Source: an uncultured Poribacteria bacterium
Lineage (GTDB): Bacteria > Poribacteria > WGA-4E > WGA-3G
Direction of reading: 5' to 3'
Length of the DNA stretch: 64,000 nucleotides
Assembly (NCBI GenBank): GCA_951813565.1
Contig: OX638351.1
Location: 32,001-96,000 of the forward strand
Shown: one piece after another, positions 57,584-64,000 of the stretch
Position numbering within the stretch: position 1 is the stretch's first letter
Layout: every line of letters begins with the position of its first letter
Made by a program: the position numbers and the translations under genes
The notes under the pieces: model-generated
The model's input: the letters and a program-made list of their open reading frames with translations, nothing else
What the model was told of the DNA's origin: nothing
Database searches by the model: none

Positions 57584-58474
57584 TTAATTATAAATATACA
57601 CACCAACAAGGTTGGTGTGTGTGGTAGTGCAAAAACTGACGCTGTTTTTAAAGAATGATTCGCATCGCTGTGCTGCCGCCCTATTTTCCATTAAGGCAAA
57701 CATAGTAGCACCACTACCCGACATTAGGGCACCATAACACCCTATCTGTGTAGACAACTGCGTTTTTAGAACAGTTAATTCAGGATATTTGGAAAAAACT
57801 GGTACTTCAAGAAGATTGTATAGATTTTCTCCAACACCGACTAAATCACTCTTCTCAACACAAGACTTTATAATTATACTTTCTTTTTTTTGCTTTGTCA
57901 AGGTAATGTCTAAATTTTTAAATATATCGGAGGTAGAAATGGAGGTGCCTGGGTTGATAAGGACAATTGGGACATCAGATAATGCAGGTAATGGGGTTAA
58001 AATGTCTCCTATACCAGTGCCAAAGGCTGCCCCTCCGTGCAAGCAGAATGGCACATCTGCTCCCAATTGCGCACCGATTTCCATTAGCACATTTTCTGAC
58101 AACCCTAACGCGTATAGTTCATTTACACCGTAAAGAACAGCGGCTGCATTCGCACTGCCACCTGCTAATCCAGCCGCAACAGGAATCCGCTTGTGAATCT
58201 GTATCTTAAGCCCTCCGAAGCCACCAACTGCATTGCTGAGAGATTGCGCCGCACGATAAGCGAGGTTTCGGGAATCAGATGGGACATCTGGATGATCACA
58301 ATGCACTGTAATCTCTGTCTTCGGTCGTTCGTGGAGAACAACCTCATCGTGCAAGCCAATTGAATGAAAAACTGTTTCAAGGTTATGATACCCATCATCA
58401 CGTTTGCCGACAACATTTAGATAGAGGTTGATTTTTGCGTGGGCATGAACCCGTAAAACCTTCGGTTTGTTCAT
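57584..58474 (-). CDS. ispE: 4-diphosphocytidyl-2-C-methyl-D-erythritol kinase
   Basis: AKINLYL, DGYH, KRIPVAAGLAGGSANAA, GADVPF, MSGSGAT. Confidence 0.96.
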   Translation of the reverse strand: MNKPKVLRVHAHAKINLYLNVVGKRDDGYHNLETVFHSIGLHDEVVLHERPKTEITVHCDHPDVPSDSRNLAYRAAQSLSNAVGGFGGLKIQIHKRIPVAAGLAGGSANAAAVLYGVNELYALGLSENVLMEIGAQLGADVPFCLHGGAAFGTGIGDILTPLPALSDVPIVLINPGTSISTSDIFKNLDITLTKQKKESIIIKSCVEKSDLVGVGENLYNLLEVPVFSKYPELTVLKTQLSTQIGCYGALMSGSGATMFALMENRAAAQRCESFFKNSVSFCTTTHTNLVGVYIYN

Positions 58475-59328
58475 TCAGAAACATCTGTCTCCTCAAGTTC
58501 CGAGAACGGCATAATTTTCATATCTTCAGTCAGAAACGGTTCGAAATCAAACCTGCTATCGTCAATTTCAATGTTCAGTTGGACCTTTGCCATTCTCACA
58601 ACAACGCGTGTTTGTTCAAGTGGACGTTCTATTTCAACCTTGTGAGGTCTTAGGATACCGTCAACTTCACGATAATCTTCAAAAACAACACTTTGTTGTA
58701 GCAGTCCATCTTTGTCGTTGATACCCCATTCAGTGACACGTGGTTCACCGTCTCTTACAAGAATGGTTATAATTTCAGTGTGTCCCGCTTCCACACCAGC
58801 ACGGTTAATGAAGAATTTTGGTGCTAAACCTGTAATTTTTAACTTCTCGGTGCGCCCGTCAAGGAAAGGATTTGCAAAGATTGCACTCAATATATCAGAA
58901 ACACGCAAATCAATTCTGAAAATATTTCGTAAGACACCGTCAGATAACTTGCCGAAATATGTTTCTTGCTCATCAAGAAGTGAAAGTAGGAATTCATTTC
59001 GGTTTGCTATGGCAACAACCTTTGTATCATTGAAAGGACCCAATGCTTGGACACGAAGTAGGTCATTACCATCAGTGGATCTTTTATACCATAAAAATTC
59101 GCGGAGTTCTTCTGGATTTCGACCAGTTTCTTGAATTGTCACCGTCATCTTAGTAGTTTTTAGAGTTTCAGTCAGATCATATCTCGCTTTGAGTGTTTCT
59201 AAGTGTGGAGAAAATTGCGACATTTCCACAAGAGGGAGGTCAATGTCAGAGGTTTTAGTTACACAACCTGTAATAAATATCAACGCTAAAAGAAATAGAA
59301 AGAAACCGACAACAAGACGCTTTCTCAT
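58471..59328 (-). CDS. lipoprotein, LolB/DUF4292-like
   Basis: Lipobox-like ITGC; LRVQALGPF; occupies the lolB position upstream of ispE. Confidence 0.65.
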   Translation of the reverse strand: MRKRLVVGFFLFLLALIFITGCVTKTSDIDLPLVEMSQFSPHLETLKARYDLTETLKTTKMTVTIQETGRNPEELREFLWYKRSTDGNDLLRVQALGPFNDTKVVAIANRNEFLLSLLDEQETYFGKLSDGVLRNIFRIDLRVSDILSAIFANPFLDGRTEKLKITGLAPKFFINRAGVEAGHTEIITILVRDGEPRVTEWGINDKDGLLQQSVVFEDYREVDGILRPHKVEIERPLEQTRVVVRMAKVQLNIEIDDSRFDFEPFLTEDMKIMPFSELEETDVSE

Positions 59329-60519
59329 TTAGAAGGCCTCTGACATTGATTTTTCAACGATATTTACTGCTTCCTCAACATGACCAGCATTGATATTGAG
59401 CGGAGGCAAGAATCGGAGGACATAATCATTGGTGCAAATAGTGACTAAACCGTTTTCAATACATTTGGCAGCAAGTGGTTTAGCATCCTCTTCCATTACG
59501 AGTCCCCGTAGCAAACCTTTACCGCGGACTTCTTTAATTGGATACTCACCTTTGAGTTCCATCAGACCACCTGCAAGATAATTTCCCATTTTAACCGCAT
59601 TTACCGCGAGATTTTCTTCAAGGATAGTTTCTATTGTTGCTACGGCTGCAGCAGAGGATAAGAAATTACCACCGAATGTCGCTGCGTGGGTACCGGGGAC
59701 AAAACTTTCGGCTACGTGTTGTTTTGCTAACATAGCACCGATTGGCACTCCGCTGCCGAGAGCCTTTGCCATCGTAATCACATCTGGTACAACACCGTAG
59801 CTTTGATAGCCGAAGAATGTGCCTAATCTACCCATTGCTGTTTGCACTTCATCAAACATTAACAGCAGGTTATGTTTGTCGCAAAGTTCTCGCAATCCTT
59901 GTAAATACCCATCACTTGGCATATTCACACCGCCTTCGGACTGAATCGGCTCAACTAAAATGGCGCAGGTCTTTCCACTGATAGCGGCTTCGGTTGCCTC
60001 AAGATCATCAAATGGGACGTATTTGAAACCCTCAAGCATCGGTTCAAACCCGACGTGATATTTTGTCTGTGCTGTGGCAGTAATCGTTGCCATTGTTCTG
60101 CCATGAAACGAATTATCCATTGTAATGATTTCGTAAGCATCTGTTTTACCACTGTCTTTCGTCCATTTGCGAGCCAATTTGATCGCTGCTTCATTTGCCT
60201 CAGCACCACTATTACAGAAGAAACACTGGTCCATATCCGAATTTTCAATTAGAAGTTTCGCTAATTCTGCCTGCGGTTGTATGTAGTAGAGGTTAGAGGT
60301 ATGCAGCAGATTGCCTGCTTGCTCACGGATAGCAGAGACAACTTTGGGGTGCGCATGTCCTAATCCGTTGACTGCCAACCCCCCTAAAAAATCGAGATAT
60401 TTTTTGCCGTCTGCATCCCATAGATAGGGTCCCTCTCCCTTGACAAATGCGAGACTTCTGTCACCGTAAGTGTTAATAATATATTTTGTTGCTATCGTTT
60501 TTATGTCAGTTGTAGTCAT
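59329..60519 (-). CDS. argD: acetylornithine aminotransferase
   Basis: YLDFLGGLAV..LGH, NSGAEANE, SFHGRT, DEVQT, AKALG.G.PIGA, TFGGN. Confidence 0.92.
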   Translation of the reverse strand: MTTTDIKTIATKYIINTYGDRSLAFVKGEGPYLWDADGKKYLDFLGGLAVNGLGHAHPKVVSAIREQAGNLLHTSNLYYIQPQAELAKLLIENSDMDQCFFCNSGAEANEAAIKLARKWTKDSGKTDAYEIITMDNSFHGRTMATITATAQTKYHVGFEPMLEGFKYVPFDDLEATEAAISGKTCAILVEPIQSEGGVNMPSDGYLQGLRELCDKHNLLLMFDEVQTAMGRLGTFFGYQSYGVVPDVITMAKALGSGVPIGAMLAKQHVAESFVPGTHAATFGGNFLSSAAAVATIETILEENLAVNAVKMGNYLAGGLMELKGEYPIKEVRGKGLLRGLVMEEDAKPLAAKCIENGLVTICTNDYVLRFLPPLNINAGHVEEAVNIVEKSMSEAF

Positions 60520-60634
60520 AAGATTTCTCCTTGTGTCTTTCAGATAGGCGCGGTTTAAAACAACACCTAAAATCTATAATTATGAATGTTTAAATTTTAC
60601 GAGGTCTTATTTCCTAATTCAAGCAAGAGTTGTT

Positions 60635-61158
60635 TTACGCGTCAATACCATAGATAAGGACAGGAATGTCAATTTCAGCAACGCCACGTTGCTCTAAATC
60701 CCACACGAACTGCTCAAAATACGAGACCCCGGTAGACATCTCATCAGCAAAAGATTTCACAGGAACAATCTCAATCCCCGCATCAATGTAACCCAGATTG
60801 TGGAAGATGGTCATTTTCGCGCACACGTTGTAAACCATGAAAGCGTACTTTCCAAATTGCACCTCTACTCCAAGTCTATCCTTCAGAAAATCCATTTCTC
60901 GGTATGCTGTTTGGCGCATAGGTTTTAGTGAATATCCAGGTTGGTAGTAGTTTGTTGGATAATCGCATTTTACGCGCATTTTTTCCCATCCTTTAGATTC
61001 GTAGCCTTCAGCAAAAACGCGATTAAGGTCCTTAGGACTATACAACATTTTGCCCGGCATTGTGATCTCTTCGCTTGTTTTAGTTTTGCACTTTGAAGCA
61101 TCAACAGATGAAATTATATCTTTAACCTCTTGTAATAGGTGTTAGCAGCAATAATCAT
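60635..61158 (-). pseudogene. BglII/BstYI-family restriction endonuclease with 5' frameshift/deletion
   Basis: EMDFLKDRLGVEVQFGKY motif; ATG 61158 (MIIAA) is out of frame with the HLLQEVKDII...MPGKM body, which has a TAA directly upstream. Confidence 0.75.
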
Positions 61159-61164
61159 GATCGC

Positions 61165-62121
61165 CTATTTCCATTCCAGCGGCAGCTGTACCACACGTTC
61201 TTTTTCTGTCGGTTCGTGGATCGGTTTACCGAGCGGACGTAGCGGCAATTCTCCATCAACGAACTTCTTTATTCGTTTACGCGTAATCGTGATGTAGTTT
61301 GAATCAAGCTCTGCGGCAATTGCTTTGCGGTCGTGCTGCAAGGCAGCGATAATTGTTGACCCAACACCACAATACGGGTCAAAAACGACTCCATCAGGTT
61401 GTGTGAGTGCCAACACACATCGCTGAACTAATTCCACAGGAAACTGACACGGATGTTCGGTTTTCTCTGGATGGTTCGCTTTCACATTTGGAATATCCCA
61501 TACGCCGTCTTCCCAGTCATGTGTCACTACATCCCAAACATCAGACGGGTTTTTGCCGAGTGGATTTCCTGAAAGTTGGCCTCGTTTTGGTCCTTTGAAA
61601 TGGCGTTTGCCCGGGTATTTTGCAGGAACTCGTACAGGGTCGAGATTAAAAATATAGTCGTCACTTTTGGAAAACCACAAGATAACCTCATACCGTCCCG
61701 AAAACCGTTTAGTGCAGTGCAAGCCGTGATTAAATCGCCAGATGATCCTATTCCGCAATTTTAAGCCGAACCGTTTAAAAATTTCATAAAAGTAAATATC
61801 AAGTGGAAAGACCTCGCCATTCTCAATATAATTGCCTACCTGCCAACAGAGGTTTCCGGTATCGGCAAGCACTCGAACAAGTTCCACTATTACAGGTTCC
61901 TGATTTTTAAGATATGTCTGTAAAGACATTTTTTTCTCATATTTTTTGCCCAAATTGTATGGTGGGGAAGTAATGACTAAATCCACCGAACTTGAAGGAA
62001 TGTCCTTTAGTAGCTCGCTACAATTCCCATCAAAGAGAACAACGTCGGCGCTGGTGTTGTATATGTCTGAAATTGATATCTGACGTTTTGTAAAGTCAAA
62101 TGCCTCTTTTATTTCACTCAT
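61165..62121 (-). CDS. beta-class amino DNA methyltransferase (probably N4-cytosine)
   Basis: TSPPY (motif IV) precedes HPCQFP and DPYCGVGST (motif I); GGAGG RBS before ATG 62121. Confidence 0.92.
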   Translation of the reverse strand: MSEIKEAFDFTKRQISISDIYNTSADVVLFDGNCSELLKDIPSSSVDLVITSPPYNLGKKYEKKMSLQTYLKNQEPVIVELVRVLADTGNLCWQVGNYIENGEVFPLDIYFYEIFKRFGLKLRNRIIWRFNHGLHCTKRFSGRYEVILWFSKSDDYIFNLDPVRVPAKYPGKRHFKGPKRGQLSGNPLGKNPSDVWDVVTHDWEDGVWDIPNVKANHPEKTEHPCQFPVELVQRCVLALTQPDGVVFDPYCGVGSTIIAALQHDRKAIAAELDSNYITITRKRIKKFVDGELPLRPLGKPIHEPTEKERVVQLPLEWK

Positions 62122-62217
62122 CCTGTCCCTCCTTTCCTGCAACTTGAAATTCATTCCACAAGCGATTTCTGACTGTAAGTTGTAAATCCTATATTTTGTA
62201 AACACAATCTGAAATTC

Positions 62218-63351
62218 TTACCAATTTGTATAAGAACCGTCATCACGTTGATAGCCGTGAGGTGGTCCGTACTCTTGTGTGGACACATTCGTGAGTGCAT
62301 CTTCATTGAATTCAATACCGAGACCTGGGGATTCGGGGGGCAAGAGATAGCCTGATTCAAACGGCACCTGAACGGGAAAAACATCGGTCAGCGAAGACAT
62401 CGGTGCACGTGGAAGTTCCTGCACACCAACAAGCGATGATGCTAAGCAGAGATGTAGACACGCTGCAGTGGAAACAGGACCGAGCGGGTTGTGCGGTGCT
62501 AAATGGATGTAGTGTGTTTCGCACCAACCAGCAATTTTCCGTGCTTCTGTCAATCCACCAGCAATACATAGATCAACACGGCAATAATCTATTAGGTCTT
62601 CTTCAATGACTTCACGGAAAGTCCACTTACTATCAAATTGTTCACCGACAGCTATGGGGACGGAGGTCTGTTGGCGTAATCGTCTGAGACTCGCTGGGTT
62701 TTCGCTTCGCAATGGGTCTTCAATGAAGAACGGGTTGTAAGGTTCAACCTTGTTACAAAATTCGAGACTATCCGCAGGGTCAAGACGGGTATGTACATCA
62801 ACGAGTATATTAATGTCATCACCTAATGCTTCGCGGACTGCTTGTACCTCTTCCAATCCGAACTGCACAGCACGTCTCGGTTCAAACGTGCCTGTCCCTG
62901 TCCTATCAGCCAAACCCCATCGGACAAATTTCCATCCCGCTTCGTGTGTTTGCCGACAACTCTCAACAAGTGCGTCAAGAGTTCCACCACCATTATGCGG
63001 ATAACAGACAACCTTATCTCTTGTGCGTCCACCTAACAATTCATAGACAGGAACATTTAGTGCTTTTCCTTTGATGTCCCACAACGCAATATCTACCGCA
63101 CTCACTGCAGCGGATTGAACGACACCACCTGGGAAAAATCCACCCCGAAACATGACCTGCCACAAATGCTCAATCTGAAACGGATTAGCACCGATGAGAA
63201 AAGGTTCAAACGAGCGTACAACTTCTGCCAAAGCGAGAGAGCGACGTCTTATGCCTCCTTCACCGACACCGAATATACCCGAATCGGTCTCTACTTTGAC
63301 GAAGAAATGTCCCGATGCTGAAACAAACGATTTAACATTGGTAATTTTCAT
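62218..63351 (-). CDS. mandelate racemase/enolase superfamily acid-sugar dehydratase (DgoD-like)
   Basis: SAVDIALWDIKGK, YELLGG, DVH, FIED, GE, APHNP, QE, PGLG. Confidence 0.9.
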   Translation of the reverse strand: MKITNVKSFVSASGHFFVKVETDSGIFGVGEGGIRRRSLALAEVVRSFEPFLIGANPFQIEHLWQVMFRGGFFPGGVVQSAAVSAVDIALWDIKGKALNVPVYELLGGRTRDKVVCYPHNGGGTLDALVESCRQTHEAGWKFVRWGLADRTGTGTFEPRRAVQFGLEEVQAVREALGDDINILVDVHTRLDPADSLEFCNKVEPYNPFFIEDPLRSENPASLRRLRQQTSVPIAVGEQFDSKWTFREVIEEDLIDYCRVDLCIAGGLTEARKIAGWCETHYIHLAPHNPLGPVSTAACLHLCLASSLVGVQELPRAPMSSLTDVFPVQVPFESGYLLPPESPGLGIEFNEDALTNVSTQEYGPPHGYQRDDGSYTNW

Positions 63352-63406
63352 AAATACCTCATTATGTAGGACGCAGACGATACAACCAACGTAATCTAAT
63401 GGGTGA

Positions 63407-64000
63407 TTACCCCGCATCTAAAGTCGGCGTATTGTCCTGACAATAAACTGGACGGAAGAGCGTCTTCCGTTTGAATGGCATCTCTTCAACGTGCTTGGGA
63501 TGCGGTTCCCACCTGTGCCACTTGTTGCCAACGGTATTGTAGCAGTTGAAAATAGCGACACGGTCATGTATCTCATCTGTCCATTTTGCACCGGTATGTG
63601 TAATTGCTTCAGTGAAAATCAGGACAGAACCAGCGGGACAACTATAATCCTCCCATAATGGTGAGTTTCGGTCTGCTGTTGATTTTGGGGCAGGGAATGC
63701 ACCTTTGTGGCTTCCTGTCAGAAACATCGTTCCACCGCCGCGTTCTTTAACAGGATTGAGTTCCCACACAACTCGTGTCAAACCACTGTGTGCTTTGTCG
63801 TGGTGTAAGTGATAAGTATGTGAGTTGCCCGGGAAGTTGAGCATTCCACGGCCGCCGTGAGGACGGAAGTTATCGTGTCCGTTTCCGCGAATTGTAAGGA
63901 ACGTCCCTTCTAATCGGAAGCCGTAACAGTTCTCGTTGGCATATCCGGATGTCAAAAATTCATTCATAAAACCGAACACAACCGGATGGTCGGCCAATGA
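63407..64000 (-). CDS. PhyH-family dioxygenase, 5' end outside the window
   Basis: PHGG, GGT.FL.GSHK, PAGSVLIFTEAITH, R....Y. Confidence 0.8.
   Translation of the reverse strand, partial: SLADHPVVFGFMNEFLTSGYANENCYGFRLEGTFLTIRGNGHDNFRPHGGRGMLNFPGNSHTYHLHHDKAHSGLTRVVWELNPVKERGGGTMFLTGSHKGAFPAPKSTADRNSPLWEDYSCPAGSVLIFTEAITHTGAKWTDEIHDRVAIFNCYNTVGNKWHRWEPHPKHVEEMPFKRKTLFRPVYCQDNTPTLDAG

Overview
Bacterial chromosome segment read in the standard code (TAG is used as a stop). The gene content (two PhyH dioxygenases, two Uma2 proteins with heptad tails, DUF4838, a PorV-like barrel beside a giant protein with a PNPF/FlgD-type C-terminal domain) resembles Candidatus Poribacteria; this is inferred, not shown. 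Core loci: a heme operon (hemE, MBL/TPR protein, hemH, hemY, pentaheme cytochrome); the tRNA-Thr/Tyr/Gly/Thr-rpmG-tRNA-Trp-secE-nusG-rplKA-[insert]-rplJL cluster without tuf or rpoBC; rpoZ, mqnC and ppiD; argD-LolB-like-ispE-tRNA-Gln-rplY-amidase-GerMN-pth; and a methyltransferase with a broken BglII/BstYI-type nuclease. The most striking unexplained structure is non-coding: nested non-autonomous mobile elements. A MITE with ACGTGAGTTTGATAA ends and 7-bp TA-N3-TA duplications holds a REP hairpin. A second MITE has inserted into that REP with a ~19-bp duplication. Innermost is a ~35-bp RAATCAAC-hairpin unit with covarying stems that tandemises and sits directly 5' of GGG. No transposase is present in the window. 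Other oddities: a FAIM1-like protein, a degenerate AccA paralog, SecE with an internal two-helix insertion, L10 with four apparent L12-binding segments, a ferrochelatase with an N-terminal 4-Cys motif, and a tRNA-Gln with A1-U72. All calls are by eye; no searches were run.
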